Origin: Eubacteriales bacterium
GTDB lineage: Bacteria > Bacillota > Clostridia > Oscillospirales > CAG-272
DNA: 64,000 nucleotides
Assembly (NCBI GenBank): GCA_045659245.1
Contig: JAZOWN010000055.1
Location: forward strand, 4,543-68,542
Reading direction: 5' to 3'
The translations under genes and the position numbers were made by a program. The stretch's first letter is position 1, and the number at the start of each line of letters is the position of its first letter. Shown here in pieces: positions 8,378-17,926 of the stretch. Under the pieces are notes generated by a model that had not been told where the DNA came from, ran no database searches, and saw only the letters and a program-made list of their open reading frames with translations.

Positions 8378-9151
8378 ATGTATTATAATAAAGTTGAAAT
8401 CTGCGGCGTAAATACGTCGGAGCTAAAGGTCCTCTCGGACGACGAAAAGAAGACGCTTCTCGAGCGTATAAAGCAAGGAGACGAAGCAGCTCGGCGAGAT
8501 CTCATAAACGGAAACCTGAGGCTTGTTTTAAGTGTAGTTCAGCGATTTACGGGCAGGCGAGAAAATCTTGACGATCTCTTTCAGGTGGGGTGTATAGGGC
8601 TTGTCAAGGCGGTGGATAATTTCAATACCGACCTTGACGTAAAATTTTCCACCTATGCCGTTCCCATGATAATCGGAGAGATCCGCAGGTATCTTCGGGA
8701 TAATAATTCCATAAGGATAAGCCGCTCGGTGCGCGATCTTGCTTACCGCGCGCTTCAGGCAAAGGAGGAGCTTATAAAGGCAAAGGAATGCGAGCCGACG
8801 GTCGACGATATAGCAAAGCATCTGGGGGAGAGCAAGGATGCGATCGTCCGAGCGATGGAAGCTATAATTGAGCCGATCTCTCTTTACGAGCCGGTGTATA
8901 ACGAGGGAGGAGATTCGATATACGTCATGGATCAGATAAGCGATACAAACAGCTCCGACGAGATCTGGCTTGAAAGCATTGTGTTAAAGCAAGCTATGAA
9001 AAGCTTAAACGAGCGAGAAAAGACTATTATCAGCCTGCGGTATTATAAAAACAAAACTCAAATGGAGATAGCAGAGGAGATCGGTATATCGCAAGCGCAG
9101 GTGTCAAGACTTGAAAAAGGCGCACTTGAGCACATGAGAAGACAAATTTAA
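8378..9151 (+). CDS. sigG: RNA polymerase sporulation sigma factor SigG
   Basis: MYYNKVEICGVNTSELKVLSDDE, NGNLRLVLSVVQRF, DDLFQVGCIGLVKAVDNF, KFSTYAVPMIIGEIRRYLRDNNSIRISRS and TQMEIAEEIGISQAQVSRLEK are close to B. subtilis SigG as I recall it. Confidence 0.85.
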   Translation: MYYNKVEICGVNTSELKVLSDDEKKTLLERIKQGDEAARRDLINGNLRLVLSVVQRFTGRRENLDDLFQVGCIGLVKAVDNFNTDLDVKFSTYAVPMIIGEIRRYLRDNNSIRISRSVRDLAYRALQAKEELIKAKECEPTVDDIAKHLGESKDAIVRAMEAIIEPISLYEPVYNEGGDSIYVMDQISDTNSSDEIWLESIVLKQAMKSLNEREKTIISLRYYKNKTQMEIAEEIGISQAQVSRLEKGALEHMRRQI

Positions 9152-9195
9152 CGAATAAAAATTACCTTTATTTGCAATGTTTTTTTGTAAAGTAC

Positions 9196-9224
9196 TTGAA
9201 AAATGTGCAAATATATGTTATAAT
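9196..9224 (+). promoter_or_regulatory. sigma-A-type promoter candidate for the esterase/phosphatase pair
   Basis: TTGAAA (9196..9201), 17 nt, TATAAT (9219..9224). Confidence 0.5.
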
Positions 9225-9260
9225 TATGTTTAACAGAGGATTTTTGGTGTCGGTGGTTAT

Positions 9261-10211
9261 ATGGTTTTATCATTTGATCAAATAAAAGAAATAACCGTAG
9301 GTGCGGTTTATATGGAAAATATTGACGGGGAAATAAAGCCCTATAAATATTTTCCTTACATGATTCCCATGTGGGGCGAGATAAAGGCTACGTTTGCGGA
9401 AAGAGCGAAGCACACCACGGGAATACGTCTTGACTTTCATACAAATTCAAGGCACTTGAATTTGGAGATCGAATTTCCCACAAAATTTGAAATATATATC
9501 GACGGATTTTTCAGATATACTATGAAAAATACGCAATCGCTGTCCGTTGATATTGATACTCCCAATGGAGAGCCTGTCGAGGACGCGCGCATTACCGTTT
9601 ATTTTCCCTCGCATAAGGAGGGTAAGCTTAAGTCTATTGAGCTTGACGACGGAGCGTACGTAAGGCGGCACGATTTTGACAGAAAGATACTCTTTATGGG
9701 TGACTCCATAACGCAGGGTTGGGAATCGGGCTTTGACTCGCTGTCGTTTGCTAATAAGGTATCAAGATATTTCAATGCCGAAAGCGTTATACAAGGCGTT
9801 GGCGGCGCGTGCTTCTATCCCGAATTTCTTGAGAGACTGCCAATGGATCTTGATTGGGTAGTCGTAGCGTATGGAACGAACGATTTTACGTTCCGAGAGA
9901 ACTTTGATGAGTTTTATGCGTATATGTGCGAGTACATGGCAAAGCTTTCGAGGATATACGGAGATAAGAGAGTATTCGTTATTTCTCCTATATGGCGAGT
10001 GCTTAAGGAGAATGAGTCTCCCGAAAGATTTAAAAAATACAGAAGCGCGATTGCAAGCGAAGCCCAAATGTACGGATTTATCCATATAGACGGTGCATCT
10101 CTCGTACCACCTATAAGCGATCTCTATACCGATGGCTTGCATCCAAACGGAATTGGATTTTCCTTATATGCGGAAAATTTAATAAATATATTAAAAAAAG
10201 AAAAGAGGTAA
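9261..10211 (+). CDS. SGNH/GDSL hydrolase (CE2-like esterase architecture: N-terminal beta-sandwich plus SGNH domain)
   Basis: Block I ILFMGDSITQGW, block III AYGTNDF, block V DGLHPN. About 140 aa of extra N-terminal domain. Confidence 0.7.
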   Translation: MVLSFDQIKEITVGAVYMENIDGEIKPYKYFPYMIPMWGEIKATFAERAKHTTGIRLDFHTNSRHLNLEIEFPTKFEIYIDGFFRYTMKNTQSLSVDIDTPNGEPVEDARITVYFPSHKEGKLKSIELDDGAYVRRHDFDRKILFMGDSITQGWESGFDSLSFANKVSRYFNAESVIQGVGGACFYPEFLERLPMDLDWVVVAYGTNDFTFRENFDEFYAYMCEYMAKLSRIYGDKRVFVISPIWRVLKENESPERFKKYRSAIASEAQMYGFIHIDGASLVPPISDLYTDGLHPNGIGFSLYAENLINILKKEKR

Positions 10212-10214
10212 TTT

Positions 10215-11615
10215 ATGAGAAAATTTAAGATCATTTCACTCATGCTTGCAATTTTATTGATGCTTTTGTCATTTGTTTCTTGTAATAATAACACGGGCGA
10301 TGCTGACACCAGCAATACAGACACGCAGAGCGCAGAAACAGAAAGCTCCGATGTAAGACAGATAAACGGCGTTCCGCTTGAGGAATACACCATAGTTTAC
10401 AGCGCTAAGGATGTTGACTACAGCCAGCGTGCCGCTAAGTACATAAGCGAGCAGATCGAGGCTCGCACCACTGTAAAGCTTGATGTCAAGAAAGACGATT
10501 CTGATAGCTTTGCGCATGAAATAGTAGTTGGAGAAACCTCTCGTGATATTTCAAAAGCACTTGATGCCGATACAAAAAACGTGCAGTTTGCCATCCTCGC
10601 TAACGACAGCCACATCGCTCTTGAGGGAGACTATTTCGTAATCGCCGCTGCGGCATATTTCTTTGTTGAAACATACGTAACGGGCGAGTACTTTGACACA
10701 CAGGTGCCCAAGGAAGTAAGCATACACGAGCCGATAGTAAAGGAAGCAAAGAATTTCATCATGCTTATCGGCGACGGAATGGGATATAACCAGACGAAGA
10801 TGTTTGAAAAATTTGATGCCAAGGATATATCATACAGTGACGGTGAGGATATATTCTACGGACATCTCCTTCCTTATGAGGGAGAGTCCAAGACTGCAAG
10901 CGCTAATAACAAAGTAACGGATAGCGGAGCAGGCGGAACAGCACTTGCTACGGGATATAAGACAAATAACAACTATATCGGAAAGGATACAAAAAAGAAA
11001 GACGTTCAGTCCTTGACGGAGCTTGCAGGCTCTTTGAATATGGCTACTGCGGTAATGTCAACAGAGGGACAAGGCGGAGCTACACCGGCAAGCTTTTCTG
11101 CTCATGCTAATGACAGATATGACGAGGAAGGCATAGCTGCTTCTCAGAAAGCGCTCCAGGATAAGTATGGAACGATCATAGATTGTGAGTACAACTATTT
11201 CGACAAGGCGGGTATTAGAGCTATTGAAAAAAAGGTTAACAATACTCTCACGAAGCTCTCTGAAAATGAAAACGGATTTTTCATGATGTATGAGGAAGCG
11301 AAGATCGACTCTTATTGCCACGGAAACAATTTGGACAGTACCTTTAAGTGCATGGTTCGCTTTAATCAGGTTATAGGTATCGTTATGGAATTTGCGTTTT
11401 ATAATCCCGAAACGTTTGTTCTTATTACAGCTGACCATGAAACCGGCGGATTAAATGAAAAATTTGAATTTACAAGTGGTAACCATACCGGTGTAAACGT
11501 TCCGATCTATGCTTTTGGTGACGGAGCTAATAAATTCAATAAGATGGTTGTTGAAAACATAAAAATTCCCAAGACGATCGCTTCGTTCTGGGGTGTAACA
11601 AAGTTCGGTCAGTAA
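10215..11615 (+). CDS. alkaline phosphatase family lipoprotein with extra N-terminal domain
   Basis: Lipobox LLSFVSC. Alkaline-phosphatase blocks MLIGDGMGYNQ, VTDSGAGGTALATGYKT (nucleophile Ser), ITADHETGG and a late H-containing block. Confidence 0.75.
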   Translation: MRKFKIISLMLAILLMLLSFVSCNNNTGDADTSNTDTQSAETESSDVRQINGVPLEEYTIVYSAKDVDYSQRAAKYISEQIEARTTVKLDVKKDDSDSFAHEIVVGETSRDISKALDADTKNVQFAILANDSHIALEGDYFVIAAAAYFFVETYVTGEYFDTQVPKEVSIHEPIVKEAKNFIMLIGDGMGYNQTKMFEKFDAKDISYSDGEDIFYGHLLPYEGESKTASANNKVTDSGAGGTALATGYKTNNNYIGKDTKKKDVQSLTELAGSLNMATAVMSTEGQGGATPASFSAHANDRYDEEGIAASQKALQDKYGTIIDCEYNYFDKAGIRAIEKKVNNTLTKLSENENGFFMMYEEAKIDSYCHGNNLDSTFKCMVRFNQVIGIVMEFAFYNPETFVLITADHETGGLNEKFEFTSGNHTGVNVPIYAFGDGANKFNKMVVENIKIPKTIASFWGVTKFGQ

Positions 11616-11634
11616 TTTAATTAATATCAATAAT

Positions 11635-11669
11635 AAAGCGGGTACGCAATCAAATTGCGTACCCGCTTT
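11635..11669. terminator. bidirectional intrinsic terminator
   Basis: Perfect 16-bp stem AAAGCGGGTACGCAAT / ATTGCGTACCCGCTTT with 3-nt loop and A/T-rich flanks, between convergent genes. Confidence 0.8.
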
Positions 11670-11676
11670 ATTATAT

Positions 11677-12261
11677 TTATAATACCAAAAGCTCACTTAC
11701 CGGAGCGCCGTCCATATTTAATACAACGTCGCAAAGAGCAAGCTCATCACGGTCATGAGAAACCATAATAGCCGTTTTGCCCCTTAAATGCTCGAGAACC
11801 GTCTGTACGGTATTGCGTTTGTTTTCCTCGTCAAGCCCCTTGAAAGGCTCGTCAAGCAAGAGAAGCTCGGGCTCGTATGCAAGTGCTCTTGCAATTGAGA
11901 CACGCTGTTTCATGCCTCCCGAAAGCTCATGGGGATATTTATTTTCACTGTCGCTTAAAAGCAAACTGAGATAGTATAGCGCCTTTTGCTTATCGGGGCA
12001 AGTACAGATTACGTTTTCAATGGCACTTAACCACGGAAAAAGGCGAGGATCCTGAAAAATATATCCTATCCTTTCCGTGTCCTTTATAATACGTCCTCCC
12101 TTGAGCTTTACCGTTCCCGCTATTGCATTTATAAGCGTAGTTTTTCCGACACCTGATGCACCGGTAATGCCGTAAATCTTTCCTTTTTCAAATTCAAACG
12201 AAAGATTTTTAATAACGGTTTGCGTATCAAATTCTACCGTGATATTTTCAAGCCTTATCAT
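11677..12261 (-). CDS. ABC transporter ATP-binding protein (NitT/TauT-type importer)
   Basis: Walker A GASGVGKTT, signature LSGGMKQRVSIARAL, Walker B LLLLDEP, H-loop VSHD. ATG at 12261 preferred (GGAGG 8 nt upstream) over the GTG at 12270. Confidence 0.8.
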   Translation of the reverse strand: MIRLENITVEFDTQTVIKNLSFEFEKGKIYGITGASGVGKTTLINAIAGTVKLKGGRIIKDTERIGYIFQDPRLFPWLSAIENVICTCPDKQKALYYLSLLLSDSENKYPHELSGGMKQRVSIARALAYEPELLLLDEPFKGLDEENKRNTVQTVLEHLRGKTAIMVSHDRDELALCDVVLNMDGAPVSELLVL

Positions 12262-13033
12262 TCTTGTCACCTCCCGGAAGAATTTTCAGACGTTTTCCCG
12301 CTTTTTCAATTCCTAAAATAAACAGCTTTTCAAAAACCATACTCAAAATGATAACTACCAGCGTCCATGCAAAGAGGTTAGGCAGCTCCAAGTAGGTTTT
12401 GGATAAATAAAGCTCCGTGCCGATAGCCTTTTGCGGAGTTGTTAGCACCTCTGACGAAATTCCAGCTTTCCAAGCAAGACGGAGACAGGACTTGCACGCC
12501 GCCATGAAAAACGGCGCAACGGACGGAATATAAAGCTTAAAAAGCTTTTGTGAGAGAGAAAATTTGTATACGCTTGCTACCTCGATAAGTGTTTTGTCGA
12601 CAGAGCGTATTCCCTCGGAAACGTTTGACCAGACTATGGGAATAACAATAAGCGAGGTTATAAAAATGGGGAGTGTTCCACTGCTTATCCACAGCCATGC
12701 AAGTATTATAAACGAAGCTATCGGAGTTGCCTTGATAACACCGAGCAGAGGAGAGAGAAGCGTGTCAAGCACGCGCACGTTCACGGTCAATACCGCAAGC
12801 AGCGTGCCAATGATAATTGAAATGAGTATTCCTATAAAAACGCGCAAAAGTGAGAGCGCCGTTGATATCCAGAAATCTGCCGTTACGATAAGAGACGCGA
12901 GAGCCTTGATTACGGATATGGGGGAGGGGAAAAGGAATTCACTGTTGACCGCAAAGGAGACCAACGCCCATACGGCAACCCAGAAAGCGGTCACGCCAAT
13001 GATTTTTAATACTTTAAGTGCTACTCTTTTCAC
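12248..13033 (-). CDS. ABC transporter permease (NitT/TauT family)
   Basis: About 6 TM segments, BPD-type permease length, overlaps the ATPase gene start by 14 nt. Confidence 0.75.
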   Translation of the reverse strand: MKRVALKVLKIIGVTAFWVAVWALVSFAVNSEFLFPSPISVIKALASLIVTADFWISTALSLLRVFIGILISIIIGTLLAVLTVNVRVLDTLLSPLLGVIKATPIASFIILAWLWISSGTLPIFITSLIVIPIVWSNVSEGIRSVDKTLIEVASVYKFSLSQKLFKLYIPSVAPFFMAACKSCLRLAWKAGISSEVLTTPQKAIGTELYLSKTYLELPNLFAWTLVVIILSMVFEKLFILGIEKAGKRLKILPGGDKNDKA

Positions 13034-13075
13034 GGTCGTTGATCTCCTTTCATATAATTTTATCTAAAAATTTGA

Positions 13076-14056
13076 TTATTTAGCAACGTAATAGAACGCA
13101 TCAGTGGGCATAGCACCGCCGATCGAGGTCTTGTCGTATGCGAAAATCTTTTCGCAGAAGGTGTTCATAACGGGCTTCATGTCCTCGCCCGCAATATAGC
13201 AGATGTTGCAGCCGGGAAGAGCCTTCTTGGCAACACCGGCCTTGGGGAGAATACCCGCGTTTACTATCATATCAATAGCCTCGTCCGAGCCTGCGCTTAT
13301 AAACTCGACGGAAGCCTTGTAGTCCTCGAGGAACTTCTTGATCTCGGTGGGATGCTCCTCGGCAAAGGCAGTGTTTACAACGAGACAGCCCTGCACGAGT
13401 GTGTTTTCACCGTTGATCTTTTCCCACTCGTCGGTAAGGTTGAGGGCAACGGTTACGCTCTGGTTGCCGCTCGTTGTTACGCTTACCTTAGGCTCGGGAA
13501 GAACTGCAAGCGAGGCTTTTCCTGCGATTACAGCAGTTTGAAGCGCGTCGGGGCTGTTGTAAGTGGTAGCGTCGATTGTTACGTTCTTAACGCCTGCGGC
13601 GCTAAGAAGTGCCGCGGTGATATATTCGGGGTTAGCGCCCGCACCGGGAACGTAAACCGTCTTTCCCTCAAGCTCGGAGAGAGAGGTTATATTTTCGCCG
13701 TTCTGCAAGAGATAAAGAACACCGAGCGTGTTGAGCGCAAGCAGCTGAAGCTTGCCCTCGGATTTGTTGAAGAGCTTGACCGCAACGTTAGTGGGAAGTG
13801 CGGCTATCGCACACTCACCCTTGGTAATAGCGGCGGTTATCGCATCAGCCGAGGGATAGAGGGTGATGTTATAGTTCATATCGTCGGTACCGTTATTTGC
13901 GGAGTCGATCATCTGTGCCATACCGAGAGCTGTAGTGCCGTTGAGCGCGTATACCTTGATCTCAAGCTCCTTGTCTGCCTTAACGCAGGACGCAAAGGGA
14001 AGAAGAAGAGCGAGAGTAAGTGTCAGAACGATAATACGAATAAGATTTTTTTTCAT
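13076..14056 (-). CDS. ABC transporter substrate-binding lipoprotein (NMT1/SsuA-like)
   Basis: Lipobox LLPFASC, periplasmic-binding-protein-like sequence, first transporter gene of the operon. Confidence 0.65.
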   Translation of the reverse strand: MKKNLIRIIVLTLTLALLLPFASCVKADKELEIKVYALNGTTALGMAQMIDSANNGTDDMNYNITLYPSADAITAAITKGECAIAALPTNVAVKLFNKSEGKLQLLALNTLGVLYLLQNGENITSLSELEGKTVYVPGAGANPEYITAALLSAAGVKNVTIDATTYNSPDALQTAVIAGKASLAVLPEPKVSVTTSGNQSVTVALNLTDEWEKINGENTLVQGCLVVNTAFAEEHPTEIKKFLEDYKASVEFISAGSDEAIDMIVNAGILPKAGVAKKALPGCNICYIAGEDMKPVMNTFCEKIFAYDKTSIGGAMPTDAFYYVAK

Positions 14057-14092
14057 GGTTTTTATCCTTTCAAAATTGTTTTTTATAAAATC

Positions 14093-14764
14093 TCATTTGC
14101 CGTATTGCAAAAGAGCATATTTATCGGGAATTAATATTTTTTTTCCGTCTCTTATAATTAAGCCGTGATAAGAAAGTGCATCGAGCGCTCTGTAAAGTGA
14201 GGCTCTGCCGATATTTAACATCTCAGAAAGAGAAGACATGGAAACGGTTTGATCGAAAACACCGTCGCGCTCGTTTTCGGCGAGAAAAACACAAAGCTTT
14301 TTTTCTGTGCTTTTTGCGGTAAGCGTTGATATTTTTTTGTTCAGATATACGATCTTATTGCTCAAAAGACTAAGATAAGAAATAAGCATCTCCTTGTCGT
14401 TCTCGATAAGCGCTTTAAATGCGCCACCGTCAATAAGAATAGCGGTCGTATCTCCTTTTGCTGTAATAACGCTTGGAAAGCTCTCGTTGTCAGAATAAAG
14501 ATTTGCTATACCGAACACGTCGTTTTCGTTTATTATTTTTAGCAACGTATTGTCTGGAGACGTCGAGGTTGCGACTATCGCTCTTCCTGTCATTATTATG
14601 CAGACGTATTTTTCCTTGCATTCGGGAGAAATAATGATCTCACCCGCTGTGTATTTCTTTAAGTATACGTTTTTGTCAGTCAGATAAGCGTCTAAATTTT
14701 CAGGATGTGCGTGCCTTAATATTGAATTTTTACAGAGATATTCTCGAATATTTTTTTGAAGCAT
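14093..14764 (-). CDS. Crp/Fnr family transcriptional regulator
   Basis: N-terminal cNMP-binding-like beta-roll, C-terminal HTH SLSEMLNIGRASLYRALDALSYHGLI. Only 36 nt from the downstream SBP gene, so probably one operon. Confidence 0.75.
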   Translation of the reverse strand: MLQKNIREYLCKNSILRHAHPENLDAYLTDKNVYLKKYTAGEIIISPECKEKYVCIIMTGRAIVATSTSPDNTLLKIINENDVFGIANLYSDNESFPSVITAKGDTTAILIDGGAFKALIENDKEMLISYLSLLSNKIVYLNKKISTLTAKSTEKKLCVFLAENERDGVFDQTVSMSSLSEMLNIGRASLYRALDALSYHGLIIRDGKKILIPDKYALLQYGK

Positions 14765-14781
14765 ATCACACCTCTCTAAAC

Positions 14782-14797
14782 TGTCTCAAATGAGACA
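14782..14797. promoter_or_regulatory. 7-2-7 perfect palindrome TGTCTCA-AA-TGAGACA in the leader of the Crp-family gene (candidate operator)
   Basis: Read directly. It lies 18 nt upstream of the start codon, just 5' of the Shine-Dalgarno (AGAGAGGTG on the minus strand). Confidence 0.4.
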
Positions 14798-14944
14798 ATT
14801 ATATTATATATCAAATGACATCAAAAGTCAATAGACAAGGCTTGATTATATGTAAATAAAGTGTTAAATATGCATTCGAGGTATTCAATTAAAGAAAGAA
14901 AGGTAGTATAATGAATAGGATAGATAACAAAAAGGAGAAAGAAT

Positions 14945-15844
14945 ATGACTCTTTTAATACTTGCTGCGGGTATGGGCTCTCGCTACGGCGGATTAAAGCA
15001 GCTCGATCCGATAACCGACAACGGAGAATTTATATTGGATTTTTCTGTTTACGACGCAATGGTAAGCGGCTTTGAAAAGATCGTTTTTGTTATAAAGGAA
15101 GAAAATCTCGGGCTGTTCAGAGAAACGGTCGGAAAACGATTTGAGGACAAGATCAAGGTTGAATATGCTTTCCAGAAGCTTGACGATCTGCCTTGCGGCT
15201 ACTCTGTCCCAGAGGGTAGAGTTAAACCGTGGGGAACGGCTCAGGCTATGCTCGCTGCTCGCAATATAGTTAAAGAACCATTTGCGGTCATCAATGCGGA
15301 CGACTTTTATGGCAGAAGCGCGTACAGCTCCTTGGCGGCGCATTTGAATAAGGCTGAGGCTACGCAGTACTGCATGGTCGGATACATACTTGAAAACACG
15401 CTTACCGAGAACGGAACGGTATCAAGAGGCGTGTGCGAGGTCGATGACGGATATCTTGTTGACGTTGTTGAGAGAACCAAGATATGCCGCGACGGCGACA
15501 GAGCGTTCTTCGAAGAAGGAGAAAATAAGATCGAGGTTGCCCGTGATGCGGTCGTTTCAATGAACTGCTGGGGCTTTACACCCGATATTTTCGAAAAGGT
15601 AAGTCTCGGGTTTGAGAAGTTCTTGTCCGAGAACAACGGCGACATAAAGCGCGAATATTATCTTCCTTTCGCAGTTAAGGAGATAATGGACAAGGGAGAA
15701 TGCTCCGTGAGGGTATATTCTTCGGAGGACTCATGGTACGGAGTTACTTATAAAGAGGATAAGCAATACGTATATAACAGCCTCGCAGCATTAAAGTCTC
15801 GCGGAACGTATCCTCAAAAATTAAACGAGAAGAAGGAGAAATAA
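14945..15844 (+). CDS. sugar-phosphate nucleotidyltransferase family protein
   Basis: N-terminal [17 protein letters not shown] nucleotide-binding loop, NADDFYG block, directly upstream of galE. Confidence 0.6.
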   Translation: MTLLILAAGMGSRYGGLKQLDPITDNGEFILDFSVYDAMVSGFEKIVFVIKEENLGLFRETVGKRFEDKIKVEYAFQKLDDLPCGYSVPEGRVKPWGTAQAMLAARNIVKEPFAVINADDFYGRSAYSSLAAHLNKAEATQYCMVGYILENTLTENGTVSRGVCEVDDGYLVDVVERTKICRDGDRAFFEEGENKIEVARDAVVSMNCWGFTPDIFEKVSLGFEKFLSENNGDIKREYYLPFAVKEIMDKGECSVRVYSSEDSWYGVTYKEDKQYVYNSLAALKSRGTYPQKLNEKKEK

Positions 15845-15846
15845 AA

Positions 15847-16860
15847 ATGGCAATACTAATTACAGGCGGTGCGGGATACATCGGAACACATACTATGGTT
15901 GAGCTTCTCGAGGCAGGCAGAGAGCTTGTTGTAGTGGATAATTTCTACAACAGTAAGCCAGAGGCGCTTGAAAGAGTTAAAAAGATTACGGGTAAGGATT
16001 TTAAATTTTACAAGGTCGATCTTCTTGATTACGACGCACTTGACAAGGTTTTCGAGGAAAACGATATTGACAGCTGTATTCATTTCGCGGGACTTAAGGC
16101 AGTCGGCGAATCTTGTGCAAAGCCCTTGTTCTATTATCATAACAACATAACGGGAACGCTTAATCTTTGCAATATTATGCAGAAGCACGGCGCGAAGCGC
16201 ATAGTGTTCAGCTCGTCTGCGACTGTTTACGGTAAGCCTGCATACGTTCCGATAACCGAGGATTTCCCTCTGTTTACGACCAACCCCTACGGCGAGACCA
16301 AGCTCATGATCGAGAGAATTCTTAAAGATCTTCATGCGGCTGACAACGAATGGAGCGTATCTGTTCTTCGTTACTTCAACCCCATCGGTGCGCACAAGAG
16401 CGGACTTATCGGAGAGGATCCGCAGGGAATACCGAATAACCTTTTGCCCTATATCACGCAGGTGGCTTCGGGAAAGCGCGAGTGTCTTTCTGTTTTCGGT
16501 AATGACTATAACACCCCCGACGGAACGGGAGTTCGTGATTATATTCACGTCGTTGACCTTGCAAAGGCGCATCTTAAAGCTATTGAGCGCGCTGAGACGA
16601 TCACTGGAATTGAATACTTTAACGTAGGAACGGGTGTCGGATATTCCGTGCTTGACATCATAAACGCATACGAGGCTGCAACGGGAATTAAGATCAATTA
16701 TAAGATAGTTGACCGCCGCCCCGGAGATATTGACGAATGCTACGCTAACCCCACCAAGGCATATGAGGTGCTTGGCTGGAGAGCGGAGAATAATATTGAG
16801 GATATGTGCCGCGATTCCTATAATTGGCAGATCAAAAACCCCAACGGATACGAGGGATAA
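15847..16860 (+). CDS. galE: UDP-glucose 4-epimerase
   Basis: [31 protein letters not shown] (YxxxK), [22 protein letters not shown]. Confidence 0.9.
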   Translation: MAILITGGAGYIGTHTMVELLEAGRELVVVDNFYNSKPEALERVKKITGKDFKFYKVDLLDYDALDKVFEENDIDSCIHFAGLKAVGESCAKPLFYYHNNITGTLNLCNIMQKHGAKRIVFSSSATVYGKPAYVPITEDFPLFTTNPYGETKLMIERILKDLHAADNEWSVSVLRYFNPIGAHKSGLIGEDPQGIPNNLLPYITQVASGKRECLSVFGNDYNTPDGTGVRDYIHVVDLAKAHLKAIERAETITGIEYFNVGTGVGYSVLDIINAYEAATGIKINYKIVDRRPGDIDECYANPTKAYEVLGWRAENNIEDMCRDSYNWQIKNPNGYEG

Positions 16861-16863
16861 GGC

Positions 16864-17925
16864 ATGAGTATTGAGAAAAAGCTCTTTGGAACGCTTTCTG
16901 ACGGCAGAGAGGTATATGCGTATACCTTGAAAAACGCAAAAGGTACGTCGGTAAAGATATTGAACTACGGCGGTACGCTCGTCGAGCTTAACGTAGCGGA
17001 CAGAAATGGGAAGATCGAGGACCTTATCGGCGGCTACGACACGCTTGATTCATACGTTAACGGTGACGGATATCAGGGTGCCCTTATAGGAAGATTCGGC
17101 AACAGGATCAATAAGGGTAGGGTTACTCTTGAGGGCGTAGACTATACCTTGTTTATCAATAACGGTGAGAACCATCTCCACGGCGGAGAGTTCGGCTTTG
17201 ACAAAAAGATATGGGATGCAGAAGTATTTGACGGAGAGGAGCCCATGCTGAAGCTTCACGTCATCTCTCCTGACGGCGACGAGGGCTATCCCGGAAATGT
17301 TGACCTCGCCGTTACATATAAGCTGACAATTGAGAACGGATTATCTATACGCTATGAGGCGACTACTGATAAAGCGACTCCTATAAACCTTACTAATCAT
17401 ACCTATTTTAATCTCGGCGGATATAATTCGGGTAGCGTTCATTCCCATATACTCACGCTTGATGCAGATACGTATTTGCCCACCGACGAGCGCCTTATTC
17501 CTACGGGAGAGTTGAGAAGCGTTGAGGGAACGCCCTTTGACTTCCGCGCCCCCAAGAAAATTGGCGAGGATATAAGCTCCGACAACGTTGACATAAAGCT
17601 TGGCGGCGGATACGATCATTGCTTGAATTTTGTGGGCGGCGAAACGGCAGAGCCCGTTAAGAGAGGCGAGCTTTACGAGGAAAAGAGCGGCAGAGTAATG
17701 GAACTGTATACAAACCAGCCCTGCGTTCAGCTCTATACGGGAAATTTCTTGACTAATGAGAAATATCCCTTCAAGGGCGGCTATCCGCAGAGTATTCAGA
17801 CCTTTGTCTGCCTTGAAACACAGCACATGCCCGACTCCATAAATCAGAGCGGCTTTACCGATTGCGTGCTTCGTCCCGGCGAGAAATACGATTTTACTAC
17901 GGAATACCGTTTTTCGAAAAAATAA
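16864..17925 (+). CDS. galM: aldose 1-epimerase (galactose mutarotase)
   Basis: GRFGNRI, NNGENHLHGG, TNHTYFNL, GYDHC, CLETQHMPDS blocks. Confidence 0.85.
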   Translation: MSIEKKLFGTLSDGREVYAYTLKNAKGTSVKILNYGGTLVELNVADRNGKIEDLIGGYDTLDSYVNGDGYQGALIGRFGNRINKGRVTLEGVDYTLFINNGENHLHGGEFGFDKKIWDAEVFDGEEPMLKLHVISPDGDEGYPGNVDLAVTYKLTIENGLSIRYEATTDKATPINLTNHTYFNLGGYNSGSVHSHILTLDADTYLPTDERLIPTGELRSVEGTPFDFRAPKKIGEDISSDNVDIKLGGGYDHCLNFVGGETAEPVKRGELYEEKSGRVMELYTNQPCVQLYTGNFLTNEKYPFKGGYPQSIQTFVCLETQHMPDSINQSGFTDCVLRPGEKYDFTTEYRFSKK

Positions 17926-17926
17926 G

